NCBI GenBank assembly: GCA_900765095.1
Contig: CAAFRB010000022.1
Span: 9,109-73,108 of the forward strand
Reading direction: 5' to 3'
Source of the DNA: Clostridia bacterium
GTDB lineage: Bacteria; Bacillota; Clostridia; TANB77; UBA1234
DNA: 64,000 bases
In this document: positions 39,701 through 50,300 of the stretch, piece after piece
Position numbering within the stretch: the stretch's first letter is position 1
Layout of the letters: each line of letters starts with the position of its first letter
Notes under the pieces: generated by a model
Databases searched by the model: none
What the model was told of the DNA's origin: nothing
Seen by the model: only the letters and a program-made list of their open reading frames with translations
Program-made: the position numbers and the translations under genes

Positions 39701-42205
39701 TTTTGGTACGCTATTAGGAACAAACGTTTTGTTTCCTGCGATCACCTTATATAAAGTCTTTGTGCCTTTATTCAAATCCTTTGTGTATATCCATACTTGC
39801 ACAAGTGAAAAGTTTGAAGCATCATATTTATAATTTCTCGTTCCACCTGAAGCCAAGTTTACATTCATTTCGTTATATCCATTTTCTTTTGGCTTTGTAG
39901 TATCCAAAGATTTTATAAGCATATTATCACCGATTAGTTTTATCGTGTAATGCAATGCTTCTCCGTTTAAGTCATTAATTATCTCGCCTGTGTTGTAATT
40001 TATGTTTTTAATTTCTACTTCGGGATATAAGTAGTTAAATACTATAATTTTATCACTACCATATCCAATATTCTCTTTTCTAACTATATTAGCTCCCTTT
40101 ATATCGCTAGCCGAACTTATTGCTGTCAAGAATGACACCGACCTCTTATCGTTTCCTTTTGAATTTATCAAAGTCGTTGTATTAACGTTATATGTTTGCT
40201 TTGCAATAATGTTAGCCTCTGAAATAGAATCTTTATATACAGTACAGCCGATTAGAATATAGCCTGGCCAAAAGTTTTTATTTAATGATGAAAAATCTTT
40301 TGGTGCGAAATTAGAGTCACTTGTGTCATAAGGTGTGATGCTAGGAATTTTAATATCTGTTAGATTTTTATCTGTATTTATAGTTTCATTTCCAACGATG
40401 TGATTAACGGTCTTTACATATACAGGTTCATAATAAAACACAACACTAACTCCAAGACCATCATATGTAAAAGATGAATTTACAGATACCTTAGAAGTTG
40501 TAGTGACATTCATCTCTTCCGGTTTATTATATACACCGTAATTTCCACCAGATTCACTACCATATTTCACTAGATAACCTTTGTATCTGTAACCTGTAAT
40601 TTGTGTCCAATCCATCTCGGCTACGATTTCTGTTGTAACATTTCTTTGTGAACTGCCAGAGTATACAACTTTACTAATTATATTATCCTTTGGTGTTGCT
40701 AGTCTTCCATCTTTGTTTAATATTACATTACCATTAATATCTCTATAGGCTACAGCTATATATGCGTTAATATTACTTGGATTATCACGACCAGCTCCTG
40801 AGCCAATATTAAATAATGTAGAAAATAGTAGCTGACCATATCCACCAAGCGAATAACCTAAAACATTAAAAGTTATTCCGTAAGTTAGCAATGGTGACAT
40901 CAATATTTCATACTTTCCATCTGGAAGATCTGTGAAATATATTACGAATTTTCTGCTAGACGCATCTGCCATATTTCCAAAATATTCTTGCCTTAGGGTA
41001 TACGTACTTCCTGATAGCCAAGTGCTTTTTATTGTTGAGTCTTTGCTAAACCAATCTATAAGAGGGGAGTCTATCGCACCTATCGCAAAATCTCCAAGTT
41101 GTGATATTACTGTAGATACTTGATAAGCATTAATAAAATTCAAATTAGAATTTGAACTTATTTCATTTTCCAACTCTTTCACAATTTGTTCTTTTGCTTC
41201 TTCGTTATATCCGCCAAGTGCTCCAAACTCACTAAGTTTAGTTGTGATTTGATTTAAAGTTGCTTCATCTAAATAATCTACTTTGTCTGTTATTTTTCCT
41301 AACTCTTTTCCTATAAGTTTAGAATAGTGACTATAGTAATTACCATTAGTATAACTTCTAACCTTTAAACAATTTTCATCTATAGGTATTAGTTTTCCAT
41401 CTTTATTTATCGGCATAAAGTTACATTTTATAGTTTCATCTTGAGATATTGATTCTTCCTTCATAGGGTTTGGATTTCCTACCATTGTGTATTCCTCTTT
41501 TTTAGGAAGCTTAGGCAATTTTGAATTGCTCGTATAACTCAAGTGCAAGTATTCTCCACACACAACGCATGGTGCCACATCACCAGCAAATCTTATCTTT
41601 TCTATATCAAAGTAGTGCAAACCTTTTGTTGCATCATTTTTCTTGCTGTGAACGTGTGAACATGAAGAACATGTATGGGCAGAAGTGTTGCCACCAGTCC
41701 AATTGTGTTCTTCTACACCCATTACTTCGCCACAGCCTGTGCAAACCACTTTATGATATGTGTCTAAATCTTCAGTTGATGAATATGTGATTCCATTTAT
41801 AGTTTCACCACTTTTTAACATGACTGAAGAGCCATTATGATTTCTAATTCCTACGTAACCACAACTACATTTTGCCTTATGTTGTGTATCAGTATATCTA
41901 GTATAGCTCACAAAATAATGTTTCTTCACGCCCATACTTTTTCTACACAAACAATATGCTAAGTGATATTCGTCACTTCCATAGCTGATAACCTTAGACA
42001 CAGAATGTCTTGTCTTTCCATTACATTTTTTGCATATTGGGCAATAAGAATAATGGTATGTAGCAGGTTCATTCGTAGTATAGACCTTGTGCGTGCAAAC
42101 AGTATTTGTAGCACCAGTGCTCGTTGAAGTAGTTGCATAACTAACACCACTATTCAATGTTAATAAAAATATTACTCCGTATAAGAAAGAATAACGCATA
42201 AACAC
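36725..42205 (-). CDS. giant secreted protein (about 1826 aa) with an N-terminal His/Cys repeat array and MucBP-like beta repeats; no recognisable wall or membrane anchor
   Basis: Signal peptide RYSFLYGVIFLLTLNSGVSYA. Residues ~35-225 carry six H-x(1-3)-C-x(1-2)-C-x(3-9)-H modules. MucBP-like segments include YIDEEGNTLMPSEVYKILDN…IDGYELIKY. The C-terminus has no LPXTG, SLH or TM helix. The exact start is uncertain (GTG at 42205 or ATG at 42199). Confidence 0.8.
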   Translation of the reverse strand: MFMRYSFLYGVIFLLTLNSGVSYATTSTSTGATNTVCTHKVYTTNEPATYHYSYCPICKKCNGKTRHSVSKVISYGSDEYHLAYCLCRKSMGVKKHYFVSYTRYTDTQHKAKCSCGYVGIRNHNGSSVMLKSGETINGITYSSTEDLDTYHKVVCTGCGEVMGVEEHNWTGGNTSAHTCSSCSHVHSKKNDATKGLHYFDIEKIRFAGDVAPCVVCGEYLHLSYTSNSKLPKLPKKEEYTMVGNPNPMKEESISQDETIKCNFMPINKDGKLIPIDENCLKVRSYTNGNYYSHYSKLIGKELGKITDKVDYLDEATLNQITTKLSEFGALGGYNEEAKEQIVKELENEISSNSNLNFINAYQVSTVISQLGDFAIGAIDSPLIDWFSKDSTIKSTWLSGSTYTLRQEYFGNMADASSRKFVIYFTDLPDGKYEILMSPLLTYGITFNVLGYSLGGYGQLLFSTLFNIGSGAGRDNPSNINAYIAVAYRDINGNVILNKDGRLATPKDNIISKVVYSGSSQRNVTTEIVAEMDWTQITGYRYKGYLVKYGSESGGNYGVYNKPEEMNVTTTSKVSVNSSFTYDGLGVSVVFYYEPVYVKTVNHIVGNETINTDKNLTDIKIPSITPYDTSDSNFAPKDFSSLNKNFWPGYILIGCTVYKDSISEANIIAKQTYNVNTTTLINSKGNDKRSVSFLTAISSASDIKGANIVRKENIGYGSDKIIVFNYLYPEVEIKNINYNTGEIINDLNGEALHYTIKLIGDNMLIKSLDTTKPKENGYNEMNVNLASGGTRNYKYDASNFSLVQVWIYTKDLNKGTKTLYKVIAGNKTFVPNSVPKGKVDMASDFSSFANAYILNTEELITVMNKVWSDLYIEFKYYEGANIVNVSYIDEEGNTLMPSEVYKILDNENGKNTATIPVTEIDGYELIKYILDDNTNTDVIKLENVKVIDNGKDRELIFVYRKVPTKPDINETYNNPFAIIRSNDKGNEEYNVDDAMPTDEDLYANVVTDSYIIENVLSILNKKQNVNVILKKKYYTSNNNNDNVITSNVETVYATIPLIYDLDYQYYGGANAKLFILDNAVIDNESVMDTKHYKKNGKVFIEADYGDDTPYMSYIPGGKLTINNSEQCTLIKDGDTYYLEVLLDGIDYEKPDMNAIVKSYEKNHLVIDNIIRENSVVNGDYLTVTAEGKRVIYLDGVGTYMAASRLASVTELADAGYYYKTSIAPLVNGSVLFNDRNVYTYSKAENKVYPSTNLTVTYKLHEQITDYIVNDAKDGDKRVKEYSPNQIRMNSISIHTPIVNYTELIPETNDGKNDNQLIDESIQNVLTLDSVFSILIPHGGMHGYTLNSNGISYEGYGDKAYNYGGNKLYDEDKYTEKGLKLATFAKMKLVKFSFDVYAIKFENDGKTIKDKKLILANTWFDLGELDNRTGLSIEKYNFIIPTWVKDKNYGDISVRIVAANTPSDYNVIADIEEVDFISKDNSNNKNTYVLQEDFKVYIAGVLYDLEIRDSDDVGWMGKLISALKLGNVEGSEKNLYLPIGQYNQNYLSGYNMGLKLGYRFYFDLKTKGVASDEIMIKPNFYYVSKDGGTATSNISLFYNTTTEKYLKLSLENDLNIKMIMSNTHGSVNNSGFNSELIYGKVNNIDKNYTVATVIGSIFDKLDLTAVDAKLPRNNILECANLYGYKGNTTAFMTDAKKSESVEGEKDIRNSSGHWYGEFYLPASTKVLLGKDKTKNDVLKNENNLLKDGYIIVTFDTIITNSEGTNYLSYSKPNGETRWEKEGTTYHDYTINLPNGKTATISDIEEGAAMAIYEVGLRANDDYETEGTH

Positions 42206-42262
42206 TTGAAAGATATGTTACCTTTCTACTATTCAATACTTCCCTTCGCATACTACCACCTC

Positions 42263-42856
42263 CTATTTACTAAAACGATAAATCATAGTTGCAGCTTCTG
42301 CTCTTGTCATGTTGTTGTAAGGTTTAAAAGTATTGTCCGAATATCCAGTAATAAGATTTTTACTACAAGCATGTTTCAAATAAAGTAAATCATTATTACT
42401 CAAAGCAAGTACATCTTTAAACTTAACCTTTTCACTAGTAGCTAGGCTATTACCTTTCATAAGCAAATCTGCTTTTGTTATTATCCTAACCATTTCAATT
42501 CTAGTTATTGGTTTGTCCATATTGCTCAAATTAACACTTCCAGCATTTATAACTCCGTATCTTTCTGCAATCCAAATGTAAGGACCAGCCCAATGATTCA
42601 AACTCGATTCAGCGTCGCTAATACTAATCCAATCAGGAAGCGCCGCCATAACTACGAGTTTAATAAACTCCGCATTTGTAATCGTTCCATTAGGTTTGAA
42701 TGTTCCATCATTGTAACCATTAATAACATTCTTGCTAGTTAAATACATAATGTACTCGTAAGCCCAATGACTGCCACTTAAATCCTTAAAAGAACTTGCA
42801 TACACACTACTAAATATCATAAGGATAATTAGTAAAAATGAAATCGTACGTTTCAT
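42263..42856 (-). CDS. secreted stand-alone triple S-layer-homology (SLH) domain protein
   Basis: Signal peptide MKRTISFLLIILMIFSSVYA. Three SLH units follow (FKDLSGSHWAYEYIMYLTSKNVINGYNDGTFKPNGTITNAEF; …HWAGPYIWIAERYGVIN…; FKDVLALSNNDLLYLKHACSKNLITGYSDNTFKPYNNMTRAEAA), with no further domain. Confidence 0.85.
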   Translation of the reverse strand: MKRTISFLLIILMIFSSVYASSFKDLSGSHWAYEYIMYLTSKNVINGYNDGTFKPNGTITNAEFIKLVVMAALPDWISISDAESSLNHWAGPYIWIAERYGVINAGSVNLSNMDKPITRIEMVRIITKADLLMKGNSLATSEKVKFKDVLALSNNDLLYLKHACSKNLITGYSDNTFKPYNNMTRAEAATMIYRFSK

Positions 42857-43131
42857 AAAATCACCACCATATAAGCTATTTAAATAAATTCTAACATCTT
42901 AAAATACTGGTTGCCATAATTAAAGTTATTTGTAAACCAATTGAAAACTTAACTTAACAATTTTGTAACATAAGAGTTGTTGTATAATCTTCGATACAAT
43001 AATAAGTACTCTATATTTTCTAATTTGCAATTCTTCTAGTATTCTTGTCCTAACTAAATTTACGGCTTTCCTATCGTATTAAAATGGTATATTTATATAG
43101 CACGTGCATACTTATGTACCAGGTGATGAAT

Positions 43132-43599
43132 ATGAAAATATATAACGTAAGTTCAAAGAAAATAGTTTTTATTGCCATATTAGTTATTACGCTAGTAATA
43201 CTTTTTACAATGGCTATAAAACTAATAAAGACATCTGATGTGATTGAAATGACAACAGATAACTACACAGAAATACTAAAAAAATGTCATAAAGATCCAT
43301 ACAAATACATAAACAAAAAAATAAAATCAGTAGGATACGTATTCAGAAACGAAGACTTCTCGCCTACTCAATTCGTAACAGCACGAGATATGCTAGTAAG
43401 CAAAAACGAATCGAGAATTGTTGGATTTTTGTGTGAATATGAGAACATAAAAAACTTTGAAGACAATGTATGGGTGGCTATAGAAGGTATTTTAACAATC
43501 GGCGATTACTATGGTGCCATGCCAATAATAAAGGTAAACGAAATTCATAAAATAACAACACCAAATGACATCTTCGTAAATCCGCCCAGCGGAGAATGA
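43132..43599 (+). CDS. membrane-anchored hypothetical protein
   Basis: I prefer the ATG at 43132, after AGGTGA. The N-terminal helix is KKIVFIAILVITLVILFTMAI. The soluble C-terminal domain has no motif I recognise confidently. Confidence 0.5.
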   Translation: MKIYNVSSKKIVFIAILVITLVILFTMAIKLIKTSDVIEMTTDNYTEILKKCHKDPYKYINKKIKSVGYVFRNEDFSPTQFVTARDMLVSKNESRIVGFLCEYENIKNFEDNVWVAIEGILTIGDYYGAMPIIKVNEIHKITTPNDIFVNPPSGE

Positions 43600-43612
43600 A
43601 ATTAATTCTCCC

Positions 43613-43639
43613 ATTCGTAGCGGAGCTTAAGTGTGCTCC
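43613..43639 (-). repeat. repeat module A, inverted orientation
   Basis: Reverse complement is ggagcacacttaagctccgctacgaat. Confidence 0.6.
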
Positions 43640-43930
43640 ACCAATTTTAGCCACTCCAAAAAGACTAGATTAAGCATGTTTTTCATACTTAACCTAGTCT
43701 TCACTTTATTCGTCGTTTATTAAATTTTGAGTATACGAACAAGAATCTACATTAAATCCATTGCAAGTGTTTTCTTTTCCTCCAGTTAAAAAATGGCTTG
43801 TGTGTGTGCACAGTCCCAACGGTTTCAAGTACCTTGTTCATGTTTCGTAACATTCGTTTTCCAATCACCAATATATTATAATATAAAATAAGCATAGAAA
43901 CTTAATTTTTGATAATCAAACTTCTATATT

Positions 43931-44000
43931 TATATAGTACCAAAGGAAATTAACACATAAAAGGTTGCAAATTTGTTACTTTACTAATGTGTAAAAAAAT
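43931..44000 (+). repeat. degenerate copy of repeat module D
   Basis: tatatagtaccaaaggaaattaacacataaaaggttgcaaatttgttactttactaatgtgtaaaaaaat. The loop sequence ttgcaaatttgttac is conserved. Confidence 0.6.
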
Positions 44001-44091
44001 TATGGCACATAATTATCCCCAGTATAACTGGAGGATTCTTCTTAATGTATAATCATCCACCAGTATAACTGGGATTTTCTTTAATGTTAAT

Positions 44092-44120
44092 AAAAAGGCT
44101 ACCCTTTTTGGATAGCCTCT
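44092..44120 (-). terminator. spoVG terminator
   Basis: Minus strand reads aggcta-tccaaaaaggg-tagcct followed by ttttta. Confidence 0.65.
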
Positions 44121-44133
44121 CTCATCTTATTTA

Positions 44134-44424
44134 TTATTCTTCAACTGATCCGTCAGCTGGCTCGTTAAGTATTTTGTTGTACTCAGCTAAGATAGCTTCT
44201 TCGATCATTGTTCTTGTTTCAGAATTAATTGGATGTGCTATGTCTCTCCATTCTCCCTTTGGAGTCTTTTTACTTGGCATAGCTATGAATGGTTTTTCAG
44301 CTGTTGTAGGTTCGATAACTTTGATATCATGTACTGCGAAAGCATTATCAAATGTTACTGAAGCAATAGCTTTCATTCTGTTTTCAGATTCTACTTTTCT
44401 TACTTTTACGTCTGTAATTTGCAT
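44134..44424 (-). CDS. spoVG: septation/regulatory protein SpoVG
   Basis: [38 protein letters not shown]…FIAMPS is the canonical SpoVG sequence. Confidence 0.96.
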   Translation of the reverse strand: MQITDVKVRKVESENRMKAIASVTFDNAFAVHDIKVIEPTTAEKPFIAMPSKKTPKGEWRDIAHPINSETRTMIEEAILAEYNKILNEPADGSVEE

Positions 44425-44692
44425 TAAAACGCACGTCCTTTCTATTTTACGTTAGTTAAGCTGACTCATCGGTCAGCTAAGTATATATTACTACAAATTT
44501 TTTTAAAATCCTGCTTTCTTGTGACTTTTTTTGTATTTTTTCTTTTTATGGAATATTTTACAAGATCTGGTAGTATAATATTGTGACAGGAAATCGGATA
44601 TTTTCATCTTTCTTGTACATGATTTTTTTACTTTGTTGTAGACTTTAATGTGTACAATATATATAATAATGTTGTTGATTGGAGGCTTATAT

Positions 44693-46072
44693 ATGGAAAA
44701 TAATATATTACAAGATACAAGTAAAAAGATACACATGATTGGTATTGGTGGAGTAAGTATGAGTGGAATCGCAGATATTATAATGTCGATGGGCTTTAAG
44801 GTTACAGGCTCTGATATGGTAGAATCTGCAAATACAGATAGATTAGAAAAACAAGGAATACATGTCGTGATCGGGCACAAAGCTGAAAATGTACATGGAG
44901 CTGATATTGTTGTTTATACAGCTGCAGTTAAAGAAGATAACCCTGAATTTGTCGAAGCTAAAAGATTAGGTATAGAGTTAATAGAAAGAAGTACTTTTCT
45001 TGGCTTGCTTACTGAATTATACTCTGAAACCATTTCTATAAGTGGTACTCATGGAAAGACGACTACTACTTCGATGCTATCTCAAATATTTATAGATGCT
45101 GGAAAAGATCCAACTGTTCAGGTTGGTGCTGATTTAAAAATATTAGATAATCAAAACTACAGAGTTGGAAAAAGTGATTATTTCATAGTTGAATCATGCG
45201 AATATGTTAGAAGCTTTCTTAAGTTCTTTCCAAAGACAGCTGTAATATTAAACATTGAAGCAGATCACTTAGATTGTTATAAAGATATAGATGATATAAA
45301 ATCAGCATTTAACACTTTTATAGACATTCCAAATGAAGAGGGACTAATTTTGCTAAATGCAGATGATAAAAACTGTATGGACATTTCCAAAAATCATAAA
45401 GCAAAACTTATGACTTTCGGAATTGAAAATAAGGATGCTGACTGGATTGCCAAGGATATAAAGCTTAATAAAAATGGCGGATATTCTTTCACAGCTATTT
45501 CAAATGGAGAAAAAATTGATATAACTTTGAATGTACCTGGTCATCATAATGTTTATAATGCTTTAGCAAGTACAGCAATTGCCAGAAGTTATAATATTTC
45601 AGAAGACATCATAAAGCAGGCTCTTTCGGAATTCAGAGGTGCAAGCAGACGTTTTGAATATGTTGGAACAGTTAATGGTGCAAGTATATATGATGACTAT
45701 GCACATCATCCAACTGAAATAAAAGCAACAATAAGTTCAGCAAGAAATATGCAATATCACAAGTTGTGGGTTGTCTTCCAACCTCACACTTATACAAGAA
45801 CTTATACTCTATTTGATGAATTTGTAAAGGCTTTTAAAGATGCTGATAATGTTATAATAACTGATATTTATGCAGCTCGTGAGAAGGATACTGGTCTTGT
45901 TTCTGCAAAACAACTTGCAGATAAAGTAAACGAATTTTCTAAAAATTGCATTTATCTTCCTACTCTTGAAGAATGTAAAGATTATCTACTATCTAATATT
46001 GGAAATGATGATATCGTCCTAACCGTTGGTGCTGGAACTATTACAAAACTTGGCAGAATGTTATTAAAATAA
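44693..46072 (+). CDS. murC: UDP-N-acetylmuramate--L-alanine ligase
   Basis: The ATG at 44693 lies 7 nt after GGAGG. Motifs: IHMIGIGGVSMSGIA, ISGTHGKTTTTSM, DDYAHHPTE. Confidence 0.95.
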   Translation: MENNILQDTSKKIHMIGIGGVSMSGIADIIMSMGFKVTGSDMVESANTDRLEKQGIHVVIGHKAENVHGADIVVYTAAVKEDNPEFVEAKRLGIELIERSTFLGLLTELYSETISISGTHGKTTTTSMLSQIFIDAGKDPTVQVGADLKILDNQNYRVGKSDYFIVESCEYVRSFLKFFPKTAVILNIEADHLDCYKDIDDIKSAFNTFIDIPNEEGLILLNADDKNCMDISKNHKAKLMTFGIENKDADWIAKDIKLNKNGGYSFTAISNGEKIDITLNVPGHHNVYNALASTAIARSYNISEDIIKQALSEFRGASRRFEYVGTVNGASIYDDYAHHPTEIKATISSARNMQYHKLWVVFQPHTYTRTYTLFDEFVKAFKDADNVIITDIYAAREKDTGLVSAKQLADKVNEFSKNCIYLPTLEECKDYLLSNIGNDDIVLTVGAGTITKLGRMLLK

Positions 46073-46087
46073 AAAGTTACAACAAAA

Positions 46088-46122
46088 ATAGCCATTTCAT
46101 TTTACGAGATGGCTATTTTTAT
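46088..46122 (+). terminator. murC terminator
   Basis: atagccat-(13 nt)-atggctat followed by ttttatt. Confidence 0.7.
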
Positions 46123-46233
46123 TATATCTTTTCAAATTTATGTGAACTTCCTTACTTTAAACATTTTAGATATTGAAAAACAAAAACTCATACGCTATTT
46201 GTCTTTTTATACCATATAAATCAAATTCATATA

Positions 46234-47256
46234 TTAATATTGTGGTACTCTTCTTCTTACATCTAATTGCTGTAGCATTTCTTCATTTTCAAGTGCTTTA
46301 CCTGTTCCAAGAGCAACACAAGATACAGATTCTTCTGCGATCATTACATTTATACCAGTTTTTTCTTGTATTAATTTGTCTAGTCCATAAACTAAACATC
46401 CACCACCAGTCATGTATATGCCTCTATCACTAATGTCTGCGGATAATTCTGGTGGAGTTCTTTCTAGCACTGAAAATACTGCTTCTATAACTTGATATGC
46501 TGGCTCTTGAAGAGCTTCTAATATATCATCAGAATTTACTGTTAAATTAACTGGAAGTCCTGTTTTTAAGTGTCTTCCTCTAACTTCCATTTCAAGTCTT
46601 TGCATTCTTGGATAAACACAACCTATATTTATCTTCAAATCTTCAGCTGTTCTTTCACCAATAATTACATTATACTTTTTCTTAATGTACTTAATGATAT
46701 ATTCATCAAATTTATTACCAGCAACCTTTATTGAAGTACTTGCAACTGCACCACCTAATGAAATAACAGCTATATCTGTTGTTCCACCACCCATATCAAC
46801 AACCATACTGCCACAAGCCTTGTTTATATCAAGACCTGCACCTATGGCTGCAGCTATTGGTTCTTCTATTAAATATACTTTTCTAGCACCAGCTTGAGTT
46901 GCAGCATCAACTACAGCCTTTTTTTCAACTTCGGTAACACCAGAAGGTACACAAACCATTATAGTAGGTGCCATTACAAACTTTCCACAAACTTTTCTTA
47001 TAAAGTATTTAAGCATCTTCTCTGTTACTGAATAATCTGAAATTACTCCATCTTTAAGTGGTCTTATAGCAACTATATTGCCTGGTGTTCTTCCAAGCAT
47101 TCTTCTAGCTTCTTCACCAACAGATACCACTTCTCCTGTATTTCTATCTATCGCTACAACTGATGGTTCCCTTAATACTATTCCTTTTCCTTTCACATGG
47201 ACAAGTACTGTTGCCGTTCCTAAATCTATACCAATTGATTGCCCAAAGCCGAACAT
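46234..47256 (-). CDS. mreB: rod-shape-determining actin homolog MreB/Mbl
   Basis: MFGFGQSIGIDLGTA, VVDMGGGTTDIAVISLGG. The ATG at 47256 lies 9 nt after AAAGAGG. Confidence 0.93.
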   Translation of the reverse strand: MFGFGQSIGIDLGTATVLVHVKGKGIVLREPSVVAIDRNTGEVVSVGEEARRMLGRTPGNIVAIRPLKDGVISDYSVTEKMLKYFIRKVCGKFVMAPTIMVCVPSGVTEVEKKAVVDAATQAGARKVYLIEEPIAAAIGAGLDINKACGSMVVDMGGGTTDIAVISLGGAVASTSIKVAGNKFDEYIIKYIKKKYNVIIGERTAEDLKINIGCVYPRMQRLEMEVRGRHLKTGLPVNLTVNSDDILEALQEPAYQVIEAVFSVLERTPPELSADISDRGIYMTGGGCLVYGLDKLIQEKTGINVMIAEESVSCVALGTGKALENEEMLQQLDVRRRVPQY

Positions 47257-47353
47257 CAGCATCAACCTCTTTCTCTTACAATTTCTATTTTTCGTTATTT
47301 ATTACGATTCTTTTACGTTTCTGTTACAATTATATTACATCATATATAAAATA

Positions 47354-50300
47354 TCAAACAATTTTTATTTCTTTTTCCATACTAAATGAATAAATGTATG
47401 TACCAAGAACTTTCTTACCAGTCATTGTTTCTAAAGCTAGCTTATAATACTCAAGTTGCTTTTGATATCTAGCCTTAAACTCCTCTGAATTAAACAAATG
47501 ATCACTCTTGTAGTCTACCACAATATATCCTTCTTGTGTTTCTGCATATAAGTCAATTATACCTTGTACCATTATCTCATCACTTGCAGAAGCATCATCA
47601 ACTCCAAAAATATTCTTAACAGACACATTCAAATTGAATGGCATTTCTTTATATATCTTGTCTGCTCCCTTTATTATACTAAACAATTGACTATTTAAGA
47701 ACTTATTTATATCATTATACAATTTTTTTCTTACATCTATGTCATCAACGTCTTCCAAAACCTCGTCAACATTTAATCTTTCAAAATCAAGCTTCTCCAT
47801 TTTATTATGTAACAAAGTTCCATAAACAGCACCAACAGCTTCATCCTCATTTATAAAACTTGGAATTTCCATACTTCTCACACTTTGAGATTCTGTATAA
47901 TCATAAATATTATTCAATCGTTTTAATTCACTAACAGATAACTTCGTTGGCAACTTTGTCGAAGTAATATAAGGATACATCCAATTGATTCTACCATCAA
48001 TAAAAACTTTTTCTTTTAAATCATCATATTCAGCATCAGCAACAGAGTTTTCTAATTTTTTAATAACCACATCGTCAATATTAAGTACATCATCATAACT
48101 CCACTCTTTAACACCCCAATCATTCTTTATAGACAAAGCAACTTTACAAATCCAATCAGCATAACTTTTTGCAGTACTTATACCATACATACTAATAGGA
48201 GATTCCCACTCCTTAAACCTCTTCTCCAAATTTTGAGTAAGTGCAGTAATAATAAGCTTTTCTCTTGCCCTTGTCATCGCAACATAAAGTATTCTCATCT
48301 CTTCTGCAAGCAGTTCTTTTTGGTTTTGAAGCTTTATAGCAAGCTTTGGAATACTTTCATAAGTTATTCTCTTCTTTACATTAATAATATCAACACCCAA
48401 GCCCAGGTCTTGGTGAAAAATTATCTTATTACTCAAATCCTTTGTATTAAACTTTCTGCCGGTGCCACATAAGAAAACAATAGGAAATTCAAGGCCTTTA
48501 CTTTTATGTATACTCATTATTCTAACAACATCATCAGCCTCGGACAATTCACTAGGCGCATCAAAATCTCCAGATGATGTCTTAACATTCTCTATAAAAG
48601 TCAAAAAGTTATATAGCCCTTTAAAAGTAGACTTACTATACTCACTCGCCTTTTTCAACAAAACTTTCAAATTATTTTGCCTAGACTCTCCATGAGGAAG
48701 AAGAGATACATAATAATAATAACCTGTATTCTCATATAGATACGAAATAAACTCATCAATAGCCTGATACCTAGACTTTTCACGCCACACATTAAGTCTA
48801 TCAATAAAAGCCTTAACCTTTGCGTCACCATTAGACATAGCAATCAAAAGAGCATCATAAAAACTACATTTTTTATCATACATTCTTATCTTAGTCAATT
48901 CATTAACATCAAAATTACCAATCGGAGATCTAAGCACAGCAAGCAAAGGCACATCCTGATATGGATTATCTATAATCTTAAGCAAAGACAAAATAATTTG
49001 AACCTCTGCATTTTCAAAATATCCAGACTTAACATCCACATAAACAGGAATATTTCTAAGAGATAATTCATCTTGTAATGTATCAGTATACCCCTTTGTA
49101 GCTCTAAGCAAAATCACAATATCAGAATACCTCGCCTTACGCATACACTTAGTTTCTTTATCATAAACTTCAAAAACTCCGACCAATTCCTCAATCCTTT
49201 TAGCCACAACCCTTGCTTCAAGTTGAGGCTTCTCCTCTATATCATCATCATCAATCAAACTTTCTTCCGAAACCTTTTTATCAATTATATGAAGCTCAGC
49301 AGTCTTGCCTTCAACAGGATAATACGAAGCACCAAACTTCAAATATTCTTTTTCAGTATAATCAATCTCGCCAGTTTCCTTAAACATTATATTCTTAAAA
49401 ATAAAATTAACCTCATCTATAATATTCTGATTACTTCTAAAATTCTTAAATAGCAAAATCTTGTTTTCTTTACATTGAACATCTTCATCATAATTATGGT
49501 ACGAATTATACTTTTCCAAAAACAACTCAGGTTTAGCCTGTCTAAACTTATAAATACTCTGTTTCACATCACCAACCATAAAAACACTATCATTAGCTAT
49601 CTTCGTAAGAATCTCTTCTTGAATCAAATTACTATCCTGATACTCATCTATAAGAATTTCCGAATACTTATTCTTAAAGTCATCAACAACATCATCATTT
49701 TCCTCAAACAACTTCAAACACAAATGCTCAATATCAGAAAAATCCAAAAGATTCTTATCCGCCTTCTTCTTCTTAAAACGCCCATCAAAAGCTTTCACAA
49801 TAGAATATATAACATTAAGATTAGAATACACATACTCAATATCATTCAAAATCTCATCCGAAGTAGAAATAAAAACCTTCTCCTTAAAATAATCATCCAT
49901 CAAACCTTTCATTTTCTTTCTAGCATCTTGAACATACTTTCTAGTATCCTCATCAAGCTTTGGTGCACGCTTCAATTGAGAAAACTCAATCTTTCTAAAC
50001 TCCTCATAATAATCATCCCATTTAAAATTATTCTTTCTAAGAGCCTCAAGTCTAAAAATATCATCTTGAATCGTAAGCAAATAATTTGCAGCATCAGGAA
50101 TTGCAATAAGTTCTTCTTCAACCGTCTTAAATTCATCAATAACCTCACGAATCGTCTTTCTAGTATAATCAATCAGCATCTTACCCCAAGGAGTATCAGA
50201 AAAATCATCAACGTCGACATTATACATATCACACTTTTCAGCAAGCCACTCAAGAGGTTTAGGACAACTCTGTATAAACCTATGTATCGACAATATCAAA

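Noticed and set aside
44503-44880. 125-aa minus-strand ORF overlapping the murC start, and the 123-aa plus-strand ORF 44084-44455 antisense to spoVG.
   Set aside because: Both overlap strongly supported genes or their promoter region, and their products are low-complexity with no SD. They look spurious.
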